Positions 26,525-37,100 of a DNA stretch of 64,000 nt are shown piece after piece. Source of the stretch: Phoronis australis. Lineage: Eukaryota; Animalia; Phoronida. Made by a program: the position numbers and the translations under genes. The DNA lies in contig NMRA01000214.1 of the NCBI GenBank assembly GCA_002633005.1, positions 203,579 through 267,578 on the forward strand, read 5' to 3'. Every line of letters begins with the position of its first letter. Position 1 is the first letter of the stretch. The notes beneath the pieces were generated by a model. That model was not told the origin of the DNA. It saw only the letters and a list, made by a program, of their open reading frames with translations, and did not search any database.

Positions 26525-26821
26525 TTATCCCCCATGCAAAGTGGATATGAACACGATCCTGTCACTCTCTTGCACTTCATATTCTAGTTGTCCCAACAGC
26601 TCCCAGTCAGCATCATTGACCAACACTAAAATGCCTGGCCTGACAGTATCTCCCTGTACAAATAAGTCTGGCCTCTCCTTCAGTATATTCTCTTTGATCC
26701 ACACGAGCACGTTACGTAGAGTCCAGGGGTTACCACAAGCTGGCAGTGTCACTTTGTGTTGCTTGATTTTGTCGAAAAGTAGTTCAGCACCTCCACTGAA
26801 CTCTAATGTGATATTCACCAT
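26525..26821 (-). CDS. URM1: Ubiquitin-related modifier 1 (98-aa core, intronless); possible in-frame upstream exon 27666-27699
   Basis: [16 protein letters not shown]...[30 protein letters not shown]...VFISTLHGG* is the URM1 sequence, with the C-terminal HGG. Confidence 0.97.
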   Translation of the reverse strand: MVNITLEFSGGAELLFDKIKQHKVTLPACGNPWTLRNVLVWIKENILKERPDLFVQGDTVRPGILVLVNDADWELLGQLEYEVQESDRIVFISTLHGG

Positions 26822-27404
26822 GTTCGTCTTCAATGAAGTCTCTGAAACGGATATCAAGATTTTCATATCAAACACAATGACAGCTGTGGGATGATAAATG
26901 TAAGACAATGTGAAAAGATGAAAAGTCAAAAGACGTACCAATGTTAGATTTTGTGAAAAGAGTTACAAAAATAACAGCCACACACATTTGCAAGTTAGCA
27001 TGGCTGTCAATGGATGATTTTTAACACGTTGCAAAGTAAGTTGCACTGGTTATATGATTAAGCAATGGTAAAATACAGTGGTCCATGATTAAGAAAGCCA
27101 GGCAGTCACTCAACGATGGGGCTGATATATCTTGGATGAAACTGTTTTTCTAAATCAGGGACCACTATATACAGTTTATATTCGTAAGAGTAATGGCTCA
27201 AAGAATATCAAAAAGGACCAAATATTTTTATTTATATGTGAGACAGCCTGAACATGGGTTTTCACAGTGGAGACACTGGCCATCCCATAAGCTCTCCATA
27301 CGCCGGAAGCTTTTCGGCGAATTACGCCTCACACTGATCCATCCATCATAGCCACATTGCTATTAGCACTTTTTGCCCATAGAGGGACACCTTATGAGGT
27401 TGTT

Positions 27405-27523
27405 GATGTCTTTAATTCCTTCGAACTTGAAAAAAAAAAACATATTTAATCAAACTTTTTGGACTGTCCAAAAAAGTTCAATTACGGGACTATTTGTTCG
27501 AGTTCGAAGGAATTAAAGACATC
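27405..27523. mobile_element. 119-bp fold-back / MITE in the URM1 5' intron
   Basis: Terminal GATGTCTTTAATTCCTTCGAACT and AGTTCGAAGGAATTAAAGACATC form a perfect 23-bp inverted repeat; central palindrome TTTTTGGAC-T-GTCCAAAAA. Confidence 0.75.
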
Positions 27524-27665
27524 TCAGGAGATTTACTTCTTAATACTTATATACAGGTCTACCACTACTCTAACACGAATCAAGTAATTCCCTGCTTAGT
27601 TTGAATTTTATGAGGTTCAGTTAAACACTTAACAATATTCCAAGACCAAAGTATAGTCCGGTTAC

Positions 27666-27720
27666 CTATTGTCGTCAGGCTCCAAAGGTCGTCCGCCATC
27701 TTGTTTCGCGTGCAGCGCAA
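27666..27720 (-). promoter_or_regulatory. Putative first exon/TSS region of the URM1 locus; CpG-rich and probably a bidirectional promoter
   Basis: Minus strand reads CGCGAAACAAGATGGCGG (YY1-like motif, also a strong Kozak ATG at 27699), followed by donor TAG|gtaac at 27666/27665. Local CpG enrichment. Confidence 0.55.
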
Positions 27721-28849
27721 CCACGCGGGACTTAGCGTTCCAATTTGGAGTGCTCGTCTGCACGTCGTTAGGTACTAACTTATCGGAAGAGACACGTATC
27801 AAAGTAATGAGACAAAAATCGGTGAGTTTACCGATTGTTTTTTAAAACCACTTAAAAATCAGTAGATTTTACTAATACACTTTTTTGTGCGTTTTCAGAA
27901 GATGTTTTCGAATTTAAATTTTCTTCCGACGGGACACAAAACATGATCCAGGGTTTGTTTATGCAATGTATCTGTTTGTCCCAGGCACTAGTAGGATCTA
28001 GAAGGCCAAAGGAAAAATCCGCAGACAAATGCGATACGCTGGGTTCTTAACATTTTTGCCTCGCGCATTCACCATTAAACTGCATTGAAATGTTGTCCAA
28101 TTGGCTTTTATTGGAAACCACAGTGCAGAGCTCAACATCAAAGCTTCAAAACGAGTTTATGTCAATAAAAACAGACTGTTGCAATTTTCATTACTTCGTT
28201 GGCCTTTTTCTGCATGTTTCTCAGTTTTTACAAAAGGGGGCAGCATATGACGACCTTAGGTGTCACAATAAAATGGCTGCCGATTGCAGTGCACATTTGA
28301 AATAACTCGCACAAATTAAAGAAAACTTCCGAATCGATGAATGCGGTATATCTGTGAGAGTTAAATCGAATCCTATTCAGATCATAACTTTGAAGTGGAA
28401 TAATTCGGTGAGTACAACAGCAAGTCGGTTTTATGCTTAGGCGGACGACCATCCATTGGGTTCCCGAGTATATAACACAGCTTACGTTTTCAATTGAATA
28501 TTTTTTTCGACTAATGTGGGGCGGCCAAACAGCGATAACCGTGATAAAACTCACTCTCAACAAGCGTTAATCAGTCGTTTACGAAGAAAATCCCAACTAC
28601 AGTCGCGTTCACGAGCTAAATAAATATAAACTACCTAGTAAAGAAATAGTAACAAGTCGTGAGTACTGGGGGCCGACATGTTTTAAAATGTACTTAAGAA
28701 GACATTTTCGAATTCTATTAGCTCAGAATATATCATAAAGATGTTGTTAAATTTGTTATTTTATTTAAATTTTGCAATTAATGGCATTTAAAGTATTTTC
28801 AAAGCAGATATATGTGTAATATTGAAGCAAGTGAGCACAGGAATGAATG

Positions 28850-28986
28850 GGAAACTAGCGAAAATGAAAAGCATTGCACTGAAAAGTCACGTGACAAATT
28901 TGGAGTTCGCGGTAAATTTTCTGGTTACGTGTGGCAGGTGGTGTTAGAAGAAATTCGACGTTTTTCATCGATCGATTAACGTAGGT
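28850..28986 (+). promoter_or_regulatory. Putative USP1 promoter / non-coding first exon
   Basis: Palindromic E-box GTCACGTGAC (28886-28895), E2F-like TTCGCGGTAAA (28906-28916), then donor AAC|gtaggt at 28980/28981. The first USP1 coding exon is preceded by an acceptor, so an upstream exon is expected. Confidence 0.4.
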
Positions 28987-30155
28987 CTATACTCCTGGTG
29001 GTCTTTTTGAGTGTTTTCTTATGAGATTAATGAGAATTACTTGTTCTTGACGCCATCAGCATCATCAGATTTAACAACAAATCTTCCATGGACGACTGTC
29101 AAACATTGAAGTTCCACCGTCCCAGCTATCACACTGAGATGACGGGTGCTCGTCTGTTTAGAACATACCTATCTAGTATACTTTATACAGACCTGTCGAA
29201 GGTCTCACGCTGACTTGTTTGAGATTTCTTTTGGATTTGATTGAGGGTGGTCACTTTTTTGAAAGTTATTTCTGAGGTTGTTGTAGCTTGCTTTCTAGCC
29301 AGCTAAACCAACCCTCAGGCCATAAACGCTAAACAACACTGAGTATTGGCAAGAAGCCAGTCGGCTATAGTTCTGTAATAGTTGTATGAAGACAAATGTC
29401 AAAATACTACTGGGAATTGCTGTGTTTTAACTTCATGTAGACCTCATAAACTCATTCATCCTGGGTAATTCTGCCCGTCACCTCGTCGTAAAACGTATTC
29501 AGCTAACAACCGAAGGGAATAGATGGTGCCAAATTGGGGGTTAACAGACCCTCACCTCGCCCATTGCAGGTGTCTAAGCGAAAAATAGTCTAATAAGCAT
29601 CATTTTCTCGTGTCATTCTCTGGTGATTGTAATAAAGTAAAGTCTGCCGTCAACTTGAAAACATTCTTGTGGCACGTCCAATTTGATATTTTTTGCAAAA
29701 TATTTTGGGATATGATGACAACTTCACTGGAACAAAACTTGCTCTTAAACTCGGTTTGATTGTAATAAAATATTAGAGACATGCAACGAAATAAAACCAA
29801 TTCCAATAACCTGGGGCAAACTATATGTAACTTTTTGAAAGAAGATCAGTTGAATTGCCGAAAATGGAAAATGGCTGATAAGTGACACTAAATTTCATGG
29901 TGCTGAAAGTTGATGCATATTATGGTGCCACACATTTGACAGCAGTCATGTTAGGATGGGTTTCTTTTTGGTAATGCTAGTTCACTCGAGGAAGAGTTTT
30001 TAGTGAGATTAATTTTATGTCGGATTTTATTTGGCCAGTTTTTTATCTACTTTTATGCAGCTTTGCACCAAGGTTAGTTGCAGCCCGAACTGAAGCATTC
30101 ACCAAATTGATCTGGCACACATCAGTTTGGCTCAGGGTGGTGTGCCAAATAAATT

Positions 30156-32859
30156 CCGTATTCACCCTAATAAGCGCCCATGCCCCTATAAGCACCCCAC
30201 TTCGCAGTTTCAGACTTTTGAACGCCATGTTCATGCGAAAATTGCCTTACCTACAGTTCTAAAATTCTACAGTAACGTCTTCAATTTATCAGCTATTTTG
30301 GTATTTAGCCGTGACTATACACTTCAGACTTCCGCCATGCTTCAAAAGGAACCCAAAAGTTTTGCTGATCTTGCGAGAGATGTGTCTTATTAAAAGGGGA
30401 CTGTAGTCAAAATAATGTTGCAGTTAATCGGTTCTAACATACAAATAAAACTCACATTTGCCTGACTTGCGTGCCAAACTAAAGCCAATTCGAATTCATG
30501 GTCAAAACACTGAATTCTGAAAGCGATCGCTGATTGGTTGATGTGTCAGTGACGTGGACGGCGGGGTATCGGCTGCTTTACACATTCATTGCTTATGTCA
30601 TATTTGAAGAGTTTACATCGTAATTTATCATTGTATCAATCGTCCTTATTTTTATTGTTTGCCACAGTGCTGTAAAAGGTTCGCTATGCCTTTTTGTATG
30701 GTACCTGGTTGCTCAAACTCTTCGAAAAAGGCGTCTTCTAAAGGGATGGTCATCGCATACCATCGCCGGGTTACCCAAGCCTTGGCCCAAAGCTCAGTGT
30801 AGATATGGGCCTACAAGTTTTAGTCGATATGGGTAAAAAATGTACAAATAAAATCTGACTCAAATAAATGTCCTTAAAACTAAGTCATCCTTGAGTAAAC
30901 CTAGGAACCAGGTTCCTAGAGTAAAATAACTTCTGTATTTACCGGTGTTGGAAATGTTAGCGATCGTTCATCGGCTGCTGCTAGTAAAATTGTGATGTGT
31001 TCTCGGCTTTTTGCGATTACGTCACCTGACCTTTACCACTTTCTTTTCCCCCTGATTCTTTTATCAAGTGTTCGTCGCTGACGGTACCTAGGTTGCGTAC
31101 ATGTTATAACAAATTATCGGAGCTTGTTTCATTTTGTTTCAAGTTTTTAGTATTTTTACATCAGCAAACCGAATTTTAGAACAACCTTGGTGCTGCGAAG
31201 CTGTTATCATGTCCCGAAAGACGTCTCAAATTTTTATGAAATGGCGCGTGCGCCGTGTCACGAGCGTGCTGTTCTTGAAACGGACGACACACTTCTTTGT
31301 TAAAAAGGCGGCAAATTATGCTACCAAATGACGTTTATTTGATTGTTTTCCATTTAAACGGCTGCAACGAACAATGGGAGTGTCGGGTGACTATACCAGA
31401 TTTTGCATGCGCCCCCGCCGGTCCGTTAGCTTTATATGTTGATGTAGCCTAAGTTTTACGACGAGGTGACGAGCATAACTGAGTCAACTATACCCGGGTA
31501 GTCAACGGCTGTCTGAAATTTCGGGGTTAACGGAGCTCAACACACAGTGGTACGATAGTCTTCATACAGCTACAGTAGGTAACTTACCAACCCTTCAAGT
31601 TTACAGAGCTGCCGGAGTATTGGCTGACAGCTGGCTGACTGGATGGCTAGAGTCCACATTGCCCTCGGCACAGTCACTGACACCAGTTGCACCGGCAAAT
31701 TTTCGTCTGACGATGACGATGACTGGGTATCACTTTGTGTTGCCTCGGCTCAAACAGGTATCCCTGGTGACCCGACATTTCACACTAAAATTTCTTATTC
31801 CGACAATATGAAAAACGCTACTTGATTGCACGCTAACACAGGACAGTGACTTTGCCCCCGCCAAATACGTCACGAGACTAAGCAGCGCTCCAAGCCGGTA
31901 ATTTTTTTAGCTTCGTTAGAGAATATAAGTTTAATTTTTGGTGTTGAATTATTTGTGAAATTAATCAACAATTCATAGAAAACTATCCAGAATTTATTCA
32001 GAATAAATTACAGTTCCCTTTTAAGGTCTGGTCTTTCACTACATACGCAGTGTACTTGTCAAAGGGATTGTATTGTATCTTTCCTGTACAGATCTTCTCC
32101 CTCAACAGAGAATCCAAATTCCGTTGTATACGTGAAAACCGCTAATTGAAAGCTTGACCTTTGTTAAAAGCATGTGGCCATGAAGCGCGCTACTACATAC
32201 AAGTTCCCGTCATCGCAGATTACTCTTTGGGAACTATCCATGAAACGGGTAGTATTGCATCGGCAAGAAATGAATACTGGCTTTTATACCTGAAAGTTTC
32301 TTATACCATAAAATTGTGTTATTTTTAGGAGGAGTTATTAAATTAATCATAATTGGTGTTTTTAAAGTCAATATGACCCACTGAGCGCGCTCACTCACAC
32401 ATGCAGACAAACTTCAAAACAAACATCATGTGAAAACAACATATGTTTTTTGTCCAGAGATTTTTCTCTTGTTGCGGAGTACGATCTATCGCAGATTTGG
32501 ACTTAATATGCAGTTTATCTAGACTCCACAGGAACTTAAAAATGTTAGGAATGTTATTTTGAAAACTAAATTACTAAGGATAATTTGTTGAGAGTCGAAA
32601 CTATATTTTTACTCAAGAATTCAAGTTGACCTGTCGGCAATCGCGAGGCAGCGTAATTTAACCACAAAGTTTGGGAGCAATGCACTGCAATTTTGTATCA
32701 ACTCTGTCATAGGTTACTGATGCGTCACAGAGCATAAATTTAATGAATTTTAGCTTACGATTTCACCTGTTTCGGAGAGTGGATTTGAACTACTTTAAGT
32801 GCCCCCTTCCTGAAGCGAAATTTTCTAAGCGCCCCGGTTGCTTATTAGGGGGAATACGG
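30156..32859. mobile_element. About 2.7-kb TIR DNA transposon (Tc1/mariner-pogo-like termini), no intact transposase seen
   Basis: Left CCGTATTCACCCTAATAAGC, right GCTTATTAGGGGGAATACGG|TA; subterminal TAAGCGCCC repeats at both ends. Confidence 0.7.
32025..32173 (-). pseudogene. Frameshifted HIRAN-domain-like ORF remnant inside the transposon
   Basis: Three successive frames give MLLTKVKLSISGFHVYNGIWIL / VEGEDLY / YNPFDKYTAYVVKD, recalling the HIRAN-type pattern RG[YF]HVYxxIWxPxxGExL...NxxDxYAV. Confidence 0.5.
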
Positions 32860-34147
32860 TACTTGTGCCAAAAGTGAATCCACCATGTGTTCCCAAATTA
32901 CTTCCAGAGCTCTTTAAATTTCAATTGCTTTGAAGCACAAATTTTACGGCTGTGGGAGCACGGTGACGAGTAATAGCCTCTCAAGACATTTGCCCCTAGA
33001 CAGCACCACCTCTGAACTGCCTTAGCAAAGCTGGCTCAGATGTTAGCCATCTCATAAGATCTCTATACACTGGAAGTTTTTGGTAAAGTATGTTTCACGC
33101 TTTCTAAACCATAGAAGCCACATTGCTATAAATATTTTTTGAGAACAGGACACCTTTGTAATCACGATTTTTTCTGATGCGTATCTTCATTCATCAACAA
33201 TGCCATTTTGTCCGTGTATGAGAAATGTGACCCTGGTAGCCAAGTTTCAAGCACAGGCCATCTCGGGTAGATCCCTTGTGGAGTGCGCTACTGATTTGCT
33301 CACTGCCAAGGTCGTGAAAGTTAACCTCAATGTGATTTAAAATTTTACATGCTACAGACATGCGTAATAATGTAACCACAATAGGAATGGTTCAGTTCAT
33401 GATTTCATTGACAAAGCTAAGGACTATTTGAATAAAATGTTGATTGCTGGAGTATTTTTTTGAGATGGAAAGATTTGAAGATTTCAACTGCTTCCAAAGG
33501 TCTTTGGGCTGTATTAGGATGTACCATCTCCTATCTTCTCCCATGTGATTATTCCTTAACAGAGTTGGAGATGTACTTTATTTCCTGATGGACGTGCGAA
33601 CAATGGTCCATTTGGGGGATCTGTATGGAAGGGGTGCCCCTCTCCCGTTGGGTTTTTGAGGGCCTACCCCAAATATATAAAGTTATGAGCTCATTTGCTT
33701 AATTTTGGTGTTTTTCTACTCCGTATAGAATTATGGGTAATCAAGGTTTTGCGCAAACGCAACTGTGGATGTTAAAGCTATATACATTTGCTGGCATAAC
33801 AAATTTAAAGAGGATAGAGAAGAAGGAAAAAGAATTCAGTCAAAGCGCAAAGTCGTCAGTCAAAAGTTATTGAGGATGTTGCGCGCTCTCAAAACAGCCG
33901 GTGGAAAACCCTGCTTCTTGTATTTAGAATACAAGGTGTCATAAGAGTGGCCTGGGTTTTTAATTACCCAAGATAATATCAGGTGATGGGAAAACCCTGT
34001 CAGTATTAGAAATCTGCTTTCGGGAATTCCGAAATCTAGTGTCAGTGTCATGAAATTTAATATTGATGAAATTGTAAAAATTTGAAATATTCTTCACAGG
34101 TGTGCTTTGCTCTTGTTTACAGACAATTCACCAGAATTGGTTTGGTG

Positions 34148-37100
34148 ATGGCTAGTACTGTGCTGTCACCTCGACCTCCCAGCGCCAAGAGACCGAAACT
34201 GTCTCTCAAGACCACAAGGAAGCAAAAGGTCACAGAGGATCCTGTGTCACAGGAGAGCCAGGAAACAGAGAGCATTAGGTGATTAAATGAGTGATGTTTT
34301 TAAGAGGTGTTTGAGAAAGCATTCATTGAGATTCATTGCCAATTGGAGGGGATGGTATCTAGAACCTCTGAAAGGGAAATTTTCTGATGGGATTGGAAAT
34401 TTTCTACTCCCTATCTATAACCCCCAGGTTCTACTCCGTAACGAGGGCAATATTGGATTCCAATAGTGAGGCATCAATCACTAACATTTGACTTGAAAAC
34501 ATGACTGTTCTTTCACAGGGTTTTCAAAAAAGTGCTTGCTACATTTCAGCAGTGAAATCAAAACCACCCAAGAGGATTCACAGTCTAAGATAAACATGAC
34601 TCCTCTGAAGTCCACCCCAGCACCGCTGGGATCGGCTAAAGGGAGGCGAGTCAACTTAACAACATTGTCCACAGAGACTCCAAAACCTAAACCTGAAGTT
34701 GAAGACAGTTTCAAGCCGTTTACTGCAATTAAAGATAAGACTGTTCCCCCATGCGTAACTGGCTTAGAGAACTTGGGTAAGTTGGACTATTGGTGCCTAT
34801 TTATGATTTGTAAACAAAATTCATTTAATCTGTTGTCTAGTAAATTTGTTTTTGTTGCTCATTGACATGCATGGTAATTTTCACTCATTTAGTCATTTTT
34901 TTCCACAAAAATGAAGACCAAACATTTTCTTGCCTGTTTCCTAGCATGGTTTGTTCTTTGTAGTTCTGTCATAAAGCAACATTTGGATCAAAGTATTCAG
35001 CTTTTATAAAATTAAAACATGACAATTTTAAGAATTATTTTTGCGCAATATAAGTGGATGCTTGCCGTAGCTGATTGTGGTGAGCGTTCACCCGAAGACT
35101 GGGCTGTTTGGAAGCTATGATAATGTGTATGTTAATGAAATAAACGAACCCTTTAATTTTGCACATTCGAACGTATTTTCTCATGTTTGGTCTTTCAAGC
35201 AGAATTAGGTTTAGTACCAAGTTCACTGTGCCTTGTAAGTGTTCAAAGAAATCAGTGATACAAAGCGAACAAAGTGGCGTATAAGTGGGTGAAAGCTACA
35301 GATTGATGGTAATTTTCAACTTAGTAATTGTCGATCAATTTTTATGCTGGACTGAAACGTTTCAGCTAAACTCCTGATACAGCGTCTTGGAGTAAAATGT
35401 CCTTCAAACATTACAACGAGGGCTTAATTACCTGATGTTGCATCTTTTGATTTTTGTTTCAGGCAATACCTGCTACCTGAACAGTATTCTACAGGTGCTG
35501 AGGTTCTCACCTGGCTTTGAAGATGACATTCACGCAGTCGCCAGGCAAATAATCCCTATTCAGAAGCAGCTTTTGTCAAAATCTGTACGTTTTTCTCCCA
35601 CAATTATTGTGTGATTGGCAAGCTGTTGGATGCTTTGATTGATGTACCTCCAATTATTTGTATTACTATAACAAGTATCTCTATCTCTCATTTCACCGCA
35701 TGGATGTGACTTGAAAGAATATAGACACTTGCCCTACTGTACATATCCTGATGATGTCTTATTGAATAAGATGAAACGTTGAGTTAACATGAACTAATTT
35801 ATTTGTGCGGCAATTGTCCGTTTTCTATCCATAACAAGTATTACTTCTTTTGTATATACTGTCTATTAGTTATTTTAAGTTCACGAAGACTGGACCTTTC
35901 AGCTTTGGCTGTCGTGTTTCTGTTATGGCAATGCGAATACAAAAAATAAACTTGGGAGTTCTATATTAATTCCTTTTTTGGAAGGACTAATAATTTCTTG
36001 TTGAAACACATTTTATTTTTGATAGTAATTTAGAACTTAATTGGTTTGTGTTGATTTGATTTACAGTACAGTACACAAATATTTTGTCATAACAGACAAT
36101 GCGCAGTCATCTTGAAGATGATTGTGGCATGTCTCCTGGTGGCTGATTTATGGTCCGCTATGCTGGGCAATCGACATTCCCTTGACATCCTCTAGGCGTT
36201 CGAGTATCACTTGGTTGCCGTCCGTTTGACTGTAAGCTTGTTGACACAACTAACTTTACGTATGTAAATTAACAATTCCACCTGTCTGTTCCCAGGAGTC
36301 TGATCGTCTAACCCTGTCCTGGCAGCTTGTCCAGCGTCTGTCTAGACTTTTCTCCCAGATGAACAGGACCGAGGACCGACTGAAGGACACTGACCACGAA
36401 GTGACTGCCAAGCCTGTCAAACTGTTGGAGACTATCAGGTCAGTAATGGCAGATTGACTCATTTTGATCAGCGGTACTGGTGTGCCTTACGTATTATTGT
36501 ACAAGCAATGGCAACAGAGGCTTTAAAGAACATGCTTGCGTTCCTTTTGTGGGTTTATTCAAAAAAGTTTGAGACCTTAGTTGAAATTGATGTGAGCGTG
36601 CGCTTCTTTTTTATTTACATAGTGAGTGTAGGTTTCAAAATGAGTTGGGCTAAGGACCAGAACCAACTCTGGGTGACCTGTGAAATGGGCATCCCATATT
36701 GCAGAGGTCTTGTCATTACTTCATGTTCGTCACACAACCGCTGTGTGTTGGCCAAAGCTGACATTTCTGATGCTAATTCCTGAGCGCTAGCATCTAACCA
36801 TTTCTCAACGGATCTTGGAAGAGTTCTCATAAAACATCTCATAAAACTTCTTTCTTACTGATGCACAAATCATTAATCAAAACACTTTTGGAGTTTCGCT
36901 GTAATTTTATTTTTCCTGACGTCGCCAAGGCACCATTCTCCTAGTGGGAGCTAAGCATCTTTGAAACTTTGGGAGAAATATTACAATGAGTTTCCAGAAG
37001 TGTTTTAGTTTATAATTAATGCACCAAATACTTTGCCTGGATATCTTTTATGTCCGTCAACTAACATGTTACTTGTTGGTGAAAAATGCCATTCCATGAA

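Noticed and set aside
26451-26894. 147-aa plus-strand ORF
   Set aside because: Antisense shadow of URM1; the same applies to the short ORFs opposite USP1, COPA and the HtrL-like exon.
34511-34555. Upstream acceptor tttcacag (34518) for USP1 coding exon 2
   Set aside because: It leads to an in-frame TGA; the acceptor at 34549 (or the NAGNAG at 34552) keeps the frame.
35350-35395. Minus-strand hammerhead-like string (...CCAAGACGCT...AGCTGAAACGTT)
   Set aside because: The CTGANGA box is not intact; too degenerate to call.
36100-36255. GC-richer intronic stretch ending near ACA, considered as an H/ACA snoRNA
   Set aside because: No convincing H box or twin-hairpin structure by eye.
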